Assembly (NCBI GenBank): GCA_965649825.1
Contig: OZ287705.1
Span: 704,214-768,213 of the forward strand
DNA: 64,000 bases
Origin: Penicillus capitatus
Lineage: Eukaryota; Plantae; Chlorophyta
Reading direction: 5' to 3'
Part shown: positions 24,601 through 36,858 of the stretch, piece after piece
How positions within the stretch are numbered: position 1 is the stretch's first letter
Layout: each line of letters starts with the position of its first letter
Program-made: the position numbers and the translations under genes
The notes under the pieces: generated by a model
Databases searched by the model: none
What the model was told of the DNA's origin: nothing
Seen by the model: only the letters and a program-made list of their open reading frames with translations

Positions 24601-26636
24601 TCCCCATTATGGCAAGCAAGGAATGGAGAGGAGGTGCCGATCCTGCCTGCAAGTTTCCATTGGAGCCTGCCGTGACGCCAGACGGTACGTGAGCCAACGC
24701 AGAGTACGTTCCGTGTGCTGTGTTCTGCAATGGAGTGCATTCTGACATATCGCGTGCATTTAGATCGGCACCCAATTCGACCAGTTTTACAACGGCATCG
24801 AGAAATCCGCAGCCGGCTGCCAAATGAAGAGGCGTATTCTGAGCGTTGTCTCGACTGTGTACAGAACATCCAGCCTGCAGACAGGCCAAGATCAGAAGTG
24901 CCATGGACAGAGGCCTCTGCCATGCCTTGACAAGTGGATCAATGACATGCGCCTGACCAAAAGCAGCGGCATAGTGTAACGGCGTGCTGCCGTCCTTTGT
25001 TTGGGAAGAAACGGCAGCTCCATGTTTGATGAGCTTCAAAACAATGTCCTTTCTCCCGGCACGGGCGGCAATGTGCAGTGGTGTCTCCACATTGCGATCG
25101 TCGGTCGCTGGTTTCAACCTTGCCCCTAATTCTACCAGCAGTCCAATAACATCCACGTGTCCCGGACCCTGATCACACGCATTGCTCGCTAAGAGCAAGG
25201 TGGGAGAATGGTATGGACCTTCATCGTCGCCAGCTGCAGACATGTCCACCCCTTTGCCGTCTTGACCTCTGTATCTGCTCCAAGTTCGATCAACTTGGCA
25301 ACAGCTTCGCACTGTCCGGCATCGGCTGCCAAGTGTAAGGGTGAGTATCCTGCTCTCGTGTCGCACTCTTTTAATGTGGCACCGAGTTCTAACAGTCGCT
25401 CGATGGCGGAAGCTCGGCCGTGCAAGGCTGCATAGTGCAGGGGTGTCCGTCCGTGGCAGTCTTTCACATCGACGGCGTGATTCAAGTCGACCAATACAGA
25501 GATGGCATTGACCCATCCCCAATTGGCCGCCGAATGCAGCGGTGTGAACTGATACGTGTCTCTGCTGTCCACTCGGCAGCCCAGTTCTGTCACAAGAATG
25601 CGTATTAAATCGACCCATCCTTGTTCGGCGGCGACGTGGACGGCAGTTCTGCCCTCTTCACTCTGTACCCATGACGGACAGCCCAACATATGCAGCTTCC
25701 TCACGACTTCGATCCGATTCCATGCAGATGCGCAGTACAACGGCGTGCATCCGTCTCTGTCCTTTGCAGCGGGATTACCCCCCAACTGAATGAGCTTCAA
25801 GACAGCCGGCAGATGTCCTTCGCCGCACGCAACATGCAATGGCGTCGAACCCACAGAATCTCGAACGTCGACTTTGGCACCCAGCCGAACCAACGCTTCG
25901 ATCGATCCCACCTGGACACAGAAAACAACACATCACGCTCTTACGGACGTCGCTTTCGTCGTTACCTGATTGTAGGCGGCCGCATAGTGTAGAGGTGTCC
26001 ATGTGTTGGCGCTTTGGCAGTGTACGTCACAGTTAAATTTCTTGATCAGCTTTTCGATATTCGACACCTTGCCTTCCATCGCTGCAAGATGCAATGCAGA
26101 CCATCCGAGGATCTGTTGGACAGCAGAGATGCCTGTCTTGCTGGCATCCTCTGTTAATTGAAGCACTTCCTGATTTCGCCCATCGCACGCAGCAATGTCC
26201 CAACCGAGATGGAGAAATCCTAAGAAATCTTGCATGCAGCCACGTCGAGCGACTTCATGCAACGGTGTACAGCCAGACGTATCTTCCAGTAGAGCAGCTA
26301 TCAGCATCGATATCAATTGTACCTTCCATCCCATTCATCTTCTCACTCTCCAATGAGATGATCGCGCACTTGATTTTGAACAGCTGCCAGATGGACAGGT
26401 GTGCAATTGAGTATGTCACGTGAGAGTAAGACAGCAGGTCCTCCGTGTTCCAGCAGTCCCTTGATGATTCCCAAGTGTCCTCGCATCACAGCCAAATGCA
26501 GAGGCGTCCTGCCTTCTGCATCTCTTGCCGTGACGTCCGCCCCCTGCCGAAGCAGTCGGAGTAACTCCTGCTCGTTTCCTTTGCGTGCAATCTTGTGCAG
26601 CAGTGTTGACCTTGGTCCAAGACTGGCAAAAGACAT
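21622..26636 (-). CDS. Large ankyrin-repeat protein with coiled coil and long low-complexity C-terminus
   Basis: Many G.TPLH.AA..G repeats from 26636 to about 23800 joined by GT-AG introns; the last exon is a 918-codon frame with an ERADANMAALLEEEA coiled coil and a Ser/Pro-rich tail. Confidence 0.8.
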
Positions 26637-26994
26637 CTAATGAAGCACACGATCACTCATTATTGCACTGAGAACAGTTCGGTGAGATTTGTGGGAGAGT
26701 GACGTGACGTGGTGACTCGGCCTTACTGCAGCGCGTACGTTGTCGTCTCGACCGAAACGGAAAAATTCGTCGCGGGCGGGGCGTGGCTTTGTTCAAAGAA
26801 ATAGAAGTTGCAAGCAATGGTCTTCTCGAACAGTGGCGGCCCAAACGATGATTGTGTGAACTGAGCGACGGCGTTCCTTCGAAAATCAAAATGCAAAGCG
26901 CAAGCGGATCTCAGGATGTCGTAGGGAAGGTCTTCGACGCGACGTGTCGCATCAGAGGATAGACCGTCACATCGATGTCCCAAACGCCGATCGA

Positions 26995-28816
26995 ATGAAC
27001 ACAGCCTCGACACCGCCTGTCGGCGAAAAGGAGCTGCAGGAATGCTTGGAGGAGTTGGAAGAGATGCTGAAGCAACGCCGACGGAACTTTGGCGAACGGG
27101 TGCAGTTTCTGGACGCGCATGTGTTTCCATCGGTCGTCTGTGTGACTCGATGTGTGCGACAAGACTGCTGCTGTGTTTTAGCTCGATCCGGTAGAGCGTA
27201 TGGACTTCCTGCTCAAATGCTTGCTGCATCTGATGGGACGTGAGCCCGACTGTGCCTCCCAGCTGCGTCATCTATTGCTGGAGATCATTCCCACCTCCAT
27301 CGTCAGGCGCTCTGTTCAGATCTTGAGCTTCTCGGCTGAAAAGACGTGTCTTTTTCGAAGGAGGTGCCTGACGTGCTGTGGGCGTCGGTTGTGGATCTGT
27401 TTGAGGGGTACTGTCGATCGGGAGTGCCACGACTGGCCGTTAAGGTTGTCACATCAGGGTCGCATCTTGTCAATCGCTCCTTGACGTGACGTTCTTCAGG
27501 TTGCCAAGACGTTTCGTTTGACCTCGAGTCAGATCGTGAATGTGGATCTGGTCGCATACATTCGAAGCCTCTTCGAATGCCACAGCACGCACACACCTGC
27601 ACTCTCCCTCTTGATACACTTTGAAGATCTGAGCAGCCATTTTGACGTTATGGAGATCGCCAAGAAGCTCGTGAAGGGGAATTCCATGGATAAGTCCATG
27701 TCATGGATTCAGTCATTAGATGAACGATACCGTCACGAGATCATTCGCATGTGCCAGTCCGAAAACAAATGGAAACTGGCCTGGACAGTGGCCAAGGCAC
27801 TCAATCTCGACAAAGACTACAGTCATGTGCATCTGCAGCTTCGCAAGGAGAGCATTCAGAAACTGATCAAGAAGCAGAACTGGCAGATTGCTGTATCGCT
27901 GGCCGAGGACAGCGAGGAACTGCAGGTCAGCAGTCATCGTGTCTGTTTTATATGATGGATGGCTTGTGGACACCGTCTAGGCCTTTGTGGTTGACGCCAT
28001 GATGCAATGCAATGAGGTCGATCTGGCTGCCGAGTACCAAAAGGCATTCGGTCTTCCAAGTGCATCTGTGTCGGTGGACGATGTGTCCCTTGCCGCGCGC
28101 CGTGAACAGTGGAGGCAGAATTACTATCAACTTCAGCTGCCAGATGAGAGCGTGATGCTGGTCACGACAGAGCAACAACTAAGCGACGCCCAAGCTGTTC
28201 TTTGCTGTCAGTCAAGAATCGGTTTTGACATGGAATGGAAACCGGGCACTGGGTCGACTCACGCCAGCACCTTACAGGTCCAGAAAGACAAAGCCTGTTT
28301 GCACTGCCTATCATCTCCGTGTGTTTTCAGTTGGCTGGCGAGCATTTCTGCTACATTCTTGATCTGCTTGCCCTGCAAAAGAGCGAGGCGCTGCACAGAG
28401 TGGTACAAGCAGTGTTCTGCGATCGGGGCATTATGAAACTCGGTTTCAGTCCATCGCAGGATTTGAGAGGCATCGAAGTCATCTGCCGAGTACAGAAACC
28501 TGCCAACGTCTGCGATCTGCAACGAATGTGGAGCGTCTACCGTCAAAAGCCGCCGCCGCCGCCGCCCTCCAGTTCTGCCACTAGAGACAGGCATCGTGCT
28601 CCGCGGTCGAAGGCTGTCCAAATGGTGGGATTGAGTGAGGTCGTTCTCACTCTTCTGGGAAAGCCGTTGGACAAGTTCATGCAGATGTCTAACTGGAACA
28701 GGCGTCCTTTGACAGAGGGGCAAATCTGCTATGCTGCACAGGATGCTCATGTCTTGCTTGCGCTTTACGATCACATGGCAGCGGGCGTCGACACGTCGCT
28801 GTCATCGTTGTGTTAA
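26995..28816 (+). CDS. DEDDy 3'-5' exonuclease, Mut-7/EXD3-like
   Basis: ExoI IGFDMEWKP, ASTLQ, KLGFSPSQDL, ExoIII GLSEVVLTLLGKPLDKFMQMSNWNRRPLTEGQICYAAQDAHVL. Confidence 0.85.
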
Positions 28817-28828
28817 CATCTGGCGAAA

Positions 28829-30167
28829 ATGTCTGTTGAGGCATCGCTCGAAACACATTTGGCAGAAACCCGTGCGGCCCTCGAAGAGATAACGCGGTGT
28901 CTTCTGGAAAAGAACGACGACGAGGGCGAGTATGACGCGACGGAGAGTTCGGAGCTCATAAAGCTCAGAGACGAACTCGAATGCTCTCTTCGCGAAACAG
29001 AGAAGGCTCTGCTGCAATTGAAGAAGGAACGTCTGCTTGAAGAAGTGCGAAAATAGCAAGTCTATTGGCGATCTTATGACCTGGTTGTGGAGCGCAGTGC
29101 TCGGCGAATGGCGAAGAAGAAGAGCTGGATGAAGTCACCGGAGAAGTGGAGGATGTATTGTTGGATGACGAGAGGCATCGATAACGAAACGCGATCTGCC
29201 GATCATGGTGTCTGTGTGTTAGAGTGAGAGAATTGGAAGCGGCTTTGGAGGAGATGCATGCAGCCATTGAAGATGCCACAAGGAAAGGGCAGCAGCAAGA
29301 GACAGCGCACTTTGCCGAATGGGAGATGTATGGACGGGGCGTAGCTTCGAAGCTGATGGCGCAGATGGGGTGGGCACGAACACATGACTGAAGGCATCGA
29401 ACAGACGCGTGGCTGTTTAGATATATCGACGGCAAAGGCCTTGGCCGAGAGAAACAGGGCGTGACGACGCATCTCATCTCCAAAGGAATGCATTCGGTAA
29501 AGAGGGCAGGACTGGGGACATGTCAGGCGAACGGTATGTTCATTGCCCAGATGTTTGTGGAGTTTAGAAGAGATGTTTGACAGAGATCGAGGCGAAGAAG
29601 AAAACGAAGAGAGGTGGTCGAGCGAAGACGGCGAGGAAACGGATGCGACAGGAAAAGAAAGAAAGGGAGGGGCAATTCGATGATGCGGAGGAGGAGGGTG
29701 TGTTCTCAATCGTCAATCGCGTCATCGGTCTGTGCGAACGCTCTTGATCTAAGAGATGCGATCTCAAAGTGCTCAGGCGATTCTTCCAGAAGCGATAGAG
29801 AAGCCAAAGAAGCAAGCAGCAGTTTGACTCGCGCGTCTGTAAAGAGGACGAAGAGCGATGCCAAGGGTGCACGAGATGGAGTCCGTGCTCGAGAGATGCT
29901 GGCAGTGCAGGAAGGAAAAGTGGCGGCTGCTCGAAAACGCGTCCGACATCTGGAAGAAGCCATTCGACGCAATGCCAAGAACAAGGTCCAATCTGCACAT
30001 AGCTGCATCGATCTATGCAACGTCGTTTTCTGTAGAGTCTGTTGAGGGCGATCGAGGAGAAACTGCGGCATGCGAAGGCAGATTTGGAGGACGCACAGCA
30101 CAAACACTTACATATCGTAAAAGACCTTCAACGAAACGCCAGAAATCAGCAGTCAGAGAGGTTTTAA
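28829..30167 (+). CDS. G-patch protein related to ZGPAT/plant C3H18, apparently lacking CCCH and Tudor domains
   Basis: N-terminal LETHLAE...LRDELE...LLQLKKERLL coil, [34 protein letters not shown] G-patch, KRGGRAK...GVFSIVN and C-terminal coil. Confidence 0.75.
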
Positions 30168-30278
30168 ACGTGATCTATGTTGTACTGACTGGAAAACACC
30201 GACTCTTACTGCGACTTGTCTCGTCTCATATGTCTCCATCGGTCTTGCCTATCCCTCCCTTTATACGCTTGAATGGCC

Positions 30279-31909
30279 TCATGAGGGTATTTCGTAGTCG
30301 TCGACGATCGTCCGTTTGGACTCGGTAGGAGGGGCCAGTTTGAGTCCATAGTCCGGCAGTTGCTTGAAGAGTCGCATGAGAACTTGAGGCGTGTGTTCTC
30401 GAATAAGCAATCCGTTGCGCATCATCTCGAAATTCGTCGTCTCGTTACTCCAGATCAGATGCTCGATGAAGAAATCGTGCAGTGATTTGTCGTCCAACAG
30501 AGAGCTCTTGATGAATGCCTAAAAGCGAAGGACTCAGCTAGAAGGCTGAGTGGCTATCGGCATTACTTCTCTGTCAAAGGGAAGCATAAAACACCTCCTG
30601 GTGTCTTCTTCCGTCGGCGCACAATCGCAACGATCTCGGCGTCCCTTGAGATCAGAGTACTTATTGTACACGTAATGGAGAATGGCGGCGTGGTCCGATG
30701 TGATCTCTCTAGACAACAGCACCGTGTTGGCGACCGCAGACCAGGAGAAATGATCATCTGTGCGTACTCTGGCTTTTTCGTATAAAAATACCAACGGTGT
30801 GCTCCGTTCGGTCGAATGCCTTGTTCCAACCGCGCCGCCGATTTGCCATTTCCATAAGCAACGAAATAGTTTGGATTTCCCTTGGAAATCGTTTCATAGT
30901 TCTTGAAGTAGAGATCGGATCGGACATGGGCAAAGTTCCGCTTGAAGAGGGACGCCTCCAAGAAGGGCTCCACAACGTGATCGTGCTCCGGCAATGCCTC
31001 GTAGTTTGGAAACACGACAATATTGACCTATCCCACACAGTTCACACCCCACGCCCACACACATGGCAGGGGACGCACAGATTTGTCCAGACTGTTCAGG
31101 TACTGCTGTATGTTGTAGTCTGGAGTGCTTCCTGGATAGAAGAGCTCATCTGTGTCCAGATGAATCATCCATTCGATGCCGTCCTTGAATCCTTGCTTCA
31201 GGGCCACTTCCATGTTCAGCGTTTGCATGACGAACAGTTCATGGTTGCAGGGTTTGTTGAAGAATGCCCCGAGCCAGGATTCGTTCCAGGCACGGCTGTT
31301 TGCCTTCATGTGATCGAGCTTGTAGTTATTGCCAAAGACTTTCACACCAGCCCATTTTTCCAGTTCGTGCCGAGCCGCTTCGTGATCTGCCTGTCCATTG
31401 GTGAAGAGATAGAAATCCGAGACGCCGATGGCCGAATGGTATTTGATCCAGAGCTTCGTCGATTCCACATTTCCAGAGGTGGTCGTCACGATGGCCACCT
31501 AGATGCCCATCAGACCCTCCGTCGCGTCACAGCCAAGGCAGGAACGCACTCGTGGTTCGTTAAACTGCTCGACGAATTCGGTATTCGATGGAATATGGAC
31601 ATCGACCAGTTGATGCTGATGGGACGTGTGTGTCTCCATTTTGTCAACGGGAGGACCCGTCCTGCATCGAAGGGATGACGAGGTCACGCATCGCAGCTTC
31701 TCTGGGTGATATGCTTACCATGTCATATGGGATTCGACAACGATAAGTTCAGTTCGATTGAATGCCTGGGGACAGAGTCACAAGGGAGTGAGGGAAAGGG
31801 GAGGTGCCTCGAGGAAGAAAGCATAGATGCACAGAAGGACGGGCAGACCGACGAGGGTCTGCAATAGATAGCGCGGCTGCGGAGGAGCTTTGGACTGGAT
31901 GGTCGACAT
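30279..31909 (-). CDS. KOB1: KOBITO1/ELD1-like glycosyltransferase (type II membrane)
   Basis: N-terminal TM, WMIHLDTDEL (DxD), FPNYEALPE...SLFKRNF...NPNYFVAYGNGKSAARL...RPNGAHRW. Confidence 0.85.
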
Positions 31910-32336
31910 GGCAGAGTTGATGAAAAGAGGATGACGATTGACTCCGTTCGGCGTCAAACCGACGGTTAGCCGTTGTTCCTTGTCGTCGGACAGAGGCAAC
32001 CAACCGTGCGTCTGTGTTTCTTAACCGTCTATTGCTTGAATCTTCATTCCTTTTGTCGTATTGCGTCCATTCCGATACGCTCGCCATCATCTCCACGTTG
32101 ACACAGAAGGACAAGGCGATGCGTATGGCCCTGGCAGATAAACAGCATCCAGCACCATGGCGCTCGACCAGCAGCAGGTCTCGAAAACCGAAAGCGCACT
32201 CGGTCTCGAAGTCATCGGAGAAAATGTGGATGGTATGACCCAACCACTGATTGCTTCAACAACGCAGCTCGCAGAACGTGCGTGCGTGAGTACAGTGAAT
32301 GGTTCAGATTGTTCGTAGAGGCCAGAGACGGATGCT

Positions 32337-32877
32337 GATGGACGTGGATCTGGATGCCACGACTGTCATGCCAGATGAAAAGGCAGAATCCCGTATTCCT
32401 TGCTGTTCTGTCGATTCGCCACCACATCAGCAATATCATCCATACGAACGCCAGAAAGAGAATCTCTCAAGCTGCCGCCGCCGTCAAGAAGAGATCCGTC
32501 CAGACGATGCGCTCCGCAATAGACCCTCAAGAATCCCATGCAAACCGCAGGCTGCACAGCGCAATAGGGGAGACGGCAGCGTCGATTTCAAGGATGGCGA
32601 GAAAGATGATGATAATAACAGTGCCTGCGATGGGCATCAAGGGAATGACCAGTTTATGGAAATGGACAGAAAAATGCGTCGTTTGCGTGAAAGAATGGAT
32701 CGATGGTCTTTCGACCTCAAACAATGGAGCCATCAGATGAATGGCCGACTCGAAGTGCACAGACATCGGTCGTATGTATGCTTGGATCCATCCTGTCGTG
32801 TGTTTGACAGGAGTTGCATCGACAGTTGGACAGGGCAACGACGGCACGTATCTTTAACGCGGTCGTTCGAACGGTAA
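32337..32877 (+). CDS. Hypothetical protein
   Basis: ATG-initiated open frame of about 180 codons with a coiled-coil-like end (MDRKMRRLRERMDRW); no family recognised. Confidence 0.35.
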
Positions 32878-33215
32878 GGGCTGCTGTGGATGTTGGATGC
32901 TGGGCTGAAGTGGCGGCGGGTGTTTGTGGCGATGTAGATCGTGTTGTCCACGGGTCGCCAACTTATCCTGCAAGCTGTTCTTGCATTCTTTGCTACAGAA
33001 TTGCCGATGGCGTCGTCTGGAGATATATCCTCCACGCGTTGTCCAGAGAGGAACGCCCTGCGATACAGGCTGCGTTCTTTTCGTAGACTCCTCGGCGAGA
33101 GCAGGGAGAGCAATTCAGCACCGTTACTGTCCAGCATGCTCAAGGCTTTTACCCGCGGCATGTCGTGGGCCAGAAATCATCGATTCTCAAAGAACGAGCA
33201 GCAGCAGCGTCCCGA

Positions 33216-34180
33216 TGGAGACATCGAAGACGGTCAGCCACGTCAGAGGAATCGATATTCTCTTCGTCCTTTTGGTGTCAAGCCCCTCGGTATGCCGAAC
33301 ACGTGTGTCGCTGAGGGATGACGCTCGGGGTGGATGTCTTTTAGGGAGAGGTGCGAAGAAGACCCGCCGCCGGAATGCGATTGGGCCGGCCGTCAATTCG
33401 GTCGAGACATCATCTGGAGGACAGCATAAAGAGATCTATCCACCTTTCTTCAACATATCATTCAAAGGCAGTCATACATGTGCACTATCCGATAAGGTGC
33501 CTCAACCGGCATCAGGAAGCAACACCTCCCTGCGGAGTGGTGCAGCAATAAATCATCCATCGGCGAAAAGAGAACTCTCACTCCGACAGCGGAAACCGCG
33601 TTTCACGAGACGTCAGCCTCAGTTGCCTTCTCAGAAAATGCCGCGTGCAGCCACCAGGCGTGTTGGACGTAGCAGCAACTCGGAAGAGGGGGTGGTGGTC
33701 TCTGAGAGTCTATTAGAGGCAATAAAGCCAGACGCGTGGAATTCTCCTCCCTCACACCTCGAAGCAGAATCCGATAAGATGCTACTCCATCCAGAAATGC
33801 TCTGGAGCAGCAGCACCGAGAACAGTATCCATACCCTGTGGAACGAGAACAGGCGTTCGTTCTCGGAGAGGCGTATCCAACAACCACTCTCTTCGTTCTT
33901 CACAACCAGTTCGGAGGGTAAAGAGAGTGAGGGGTCGGATATGAGCTTCTTTGTCGGCTCTGAGAGCTCCATTGAGAATCCATTCTACGATTCCCTCGAT
34001 CTCCTGGACAGATGGGACGAAGAGTGTGTGTATCGAGAAGCCAAATGGCTTTACCTCAGTCCGAATCTTGTGTACGGCGTCGAAGATATCGAAGAGAGAG
34101 ACGATGTGAGGCAGACAGCAGTTCGCGGAGATGTGGACGAAATAAAAACGAAGTGGATCTCAGTGAATGATTTTATCTAA
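33216..34180 (+). CDS. Hypothetical Ser/Glu-rich protein (start uncertain)
   Basis: Part of a 418-codon open frame; C-terminal half is protein-like (ENPFYDSLDLLDRWDEECVYREAKWLYLSP). Confidence 0.45.
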
Positions 34181-34754
34181 CAGGAGCAATCAATACCTTG
34201 ACGACGACGACGGACATTCTCAACCCTGCAGTGATCCTCGCGATTCAACCATCCCTCGCTGTACCTATTGATCCAACGCAGCCATGCCTTTTCATTGGCA
34301 GCGATGATAAGGACATTGTCTTTTCCTTTTTTCTGCATCGATCTGGAACACAATCGTCACAGCGTCGGACGTTCCATCGTCATGCAGCTAGTTTTCATAA
34401 TCTTTTTTGAACAGAACTTCTATTTTCATTCCTGTTTTCTGTACCCTGTTGCCTTTTGACTTACGACGACGGACAGTTCCTTATCAAAGAGATCCATCCA
34501 TCCATCCATCCATCCATCGTTTCAATACCTGACTTGTATGCATCCTCTTTCTGAGGGTCCTTCTTATGTTCCATACATTCCAGGACGCACTCATGTTTCA
34601 TGCTCGATATCGTATGCGTCTGTGAGAGACACAACTGTGGCACATCAACCATGCTGTCGCATGTTCATTATATGGCAGCGTTATCCGAAACACGGAGCCC
34701 ATCCACATTGTGACCTGCTTGATCTTTTGTGCAAAATCTTGTTGTGATATGCAT

Positions 34755-35939
34755 TCAAAGAATCAGCTTCCCGATTCTGTCTCCTCCTCTCGCGTCTCTT
34801 CCTGTCGCTTTCGAATGACGCCCACTTCGGCCGGTCGGATGACTCTCTCGTGCATCTTGTAACCGCACTACAGCCAAAGGACCATCACTCATGCTGACGC
34901 ATCCAGCCAGTCTCTACCAAGTTAACAATGCCAACGGTGCCTGGTTCCTTTGACGGATCTTCTAGCTCAAACTGCGCCATGTGTTCGTTAGGATCGAATG
35001 CTTCGCCCAATGGGTCGTATCTTGTGACGCCGTTCGTTTGCAGCACCTATCCAGACAAACAGAAGCTTAATGGGCTTGACTGCCACGTGGGCCATCCATC
35101 GATGGAACAAATCACATTTCTGAAGTCTTTCTGTGTCAGCTGGATGCCAACGATGACATCGTTCAAGGCCTTCAACACTTTTGCTGGATCAACGGTGCTG
35201 GCGTCCTTCACACCTCTCAGCTCTTCTGGTAGACTCTCGGCGGCGCGATCGAGATTGTCAAGAGGCCCTAGCAGACTCTGAACAAACCCCTGAAATCGCA
35301 CAGACGCTGTGATCAGAGGGCGGGGCGAGAAGATGTAGAGGGAGGAGACTTGTATGGCGAATTTCTTCGCCTGTGATGACTCCCGTACAAATCGAGCTCT
35401 CAGATTCTCCCCGTCAGCCAATCCCGAGAGCACCTTCTTCCGTTCCTCCTCCAACTGCATCCACCCATCACGACACAGCAATCATCTATCCATCGTTCTG
35501 TATTGCGGCGAGGATACCTGTAAAGACAGCTCCTCGAGTGCGGCGTCCTTCTTTTTCAGAATGGCTCGAAAGAGTTTCGAAACGTCTTCTTTGGAGGACG
35601 TCTGAGTGTCACCCTCTTCACCCTCTTCTGTTTCCAAGGCCTCCTCTTCTGCCGGTGTCTGTCCTTCCGCAAATCTCGTCTCTCCTTTTCCGTCTTCCTT
35701 TTCCTTCTTCTCTTCTGTGGAGAACCATCGCATTCTCTCTCTGTCCATTCTCTCCGAGACAGCGATCCATTGCCGACACTGAAGAAGCAGATCCACATCC
35801 ATATGTGTGGTTGTTTGCCATATCTAACCTGTACGGCATTGAGGGATGTAGCGGTTCGCTGTATGGACCGTGTTGAAGCAGCAGGACTCAGATAGCTATA
35901 GGCCAAAGAGCACAGTTGCCGCAGTGCGTGTCGTCGCAT
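34755..35939 (-). CDS. MGE1: GrpE nucleotide exchange factor, mitochondrial-type
   Basis: Targeting peptide MRRHALRQ..., LADGENLRARFVRESSQAKKFAIQ-GFVQSLLGPLDNLDRA, GVTRYDPLGEAFDPNEHMAQF, GYKMHERVIRPAEVGV. Confidence 0.9.
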
Positions 35940-35979
35940 GTCTGTCGAATATAACGACGCTAATGAGAGCGAATGGAAA

Positions 35980-36600
35980 ATGAGGCGCGTTCGATTGCGT
36001 CTGAAAATCGCCAGCCCTCTCGTGCCTTCTACAAACAGTGTCCTGTCTCTATCCATTGTCTCGAACCATGGGCACCATGGAATGCTTGTCTGCAGATATC
36101 TGCTTCAGCTGAAACCGACGTACGATTGGAATGATGTCCTGAACAAAGTGCTTCCTTCTCCCTCATCGGCGAGATCTGTATGACTGAGGACGTGCTGGTG
36201 CAGCTCTGTCGCGATTTAGAGTTGAGACACACGCCTAGACATGTCCGAGTTCTTGACGAGAGGCAAGAAGATTCAGATCTGCAGAGCTTAGTGGATGACG
36301 TCGTTCTCTATCTTCATTACTGTCAAGTGCCAGCGAAACAGGCCGCTGATTGTTGTTGAAGGGAGGTCGTGTGCTATGGACAGAAATGCAGTCGGAGTGC
36401 AAAACGAAAGGCTCGATGTCGTCGAATGCGAAGAATGGCATACATTGCAGCTCGGTGATCACAGCGGAGCCTCTTCGTCTTTCTCTTGCCGAGAAGCGGA
36501 ACCTGCGCCCTTTATTGAGTGCTTAGAGCTGTTGTCTACTGTTTTGAACAGACATGTCAGCATCTGTTTGTCCAGAGAGATTGGAACGCCCTTCCCTTAT
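35980..36600 (+). CDS. Hypothetical multi-exon gene divergent from GrpE
   Basis: Exons MRRVRLRLKIASP / YLLQLKPTYDWNDVLNK / DVLVQLCRDLELRH...LVDDVVLYLHYCQ link through plausible GT-AG introns; 3' end uncertain. Confidence 0.4.
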
Positions 36601-36858
36601 TGAATGTCATTTGTTGCTCTTGAGCTGAGTCGGACCATCAACGCCAGCAGTGGTCACACATTTTCCGCGACGGATCGATGCCACATTCAAATCATGTCTA
36701 CACAAATGGATCCATACCTAAACAGCTGGCAGCGGTCTTACGCAGATCTTTCACAGAAGGAATGGGTCAGATGCCTTAACGAAAAGAAAAAAACAAATTT
36801 GCTGATCACATCATGAAGTGCTGAACAGTGAATTGCGGATCTGGCGTCGATACCGTCT

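Noticed and set aside
366-26716. Recurrent GTGACGT(GAC) motif in promoter gaps (about 374, 26699, 47424)
   Set aside because: It also occurs in introns (e.g. 19087, 27484), and the count is near chance expectation for a 7-mer in 50 kb.
29165-29222. Possible GC-AG intron in the G-patch gene (AG|GCATCG)
   Set aside because: A nearby GT donor (TT|GTTGGA) gives the same downstream frame, so a non-canonical intron is not required.
8783-34517. Short microsatellites (CGCA)n near 8783 and (ATCC)n near 34495
   Set aside because: Only about 5 units each, in an intron or UTR; ordinary.
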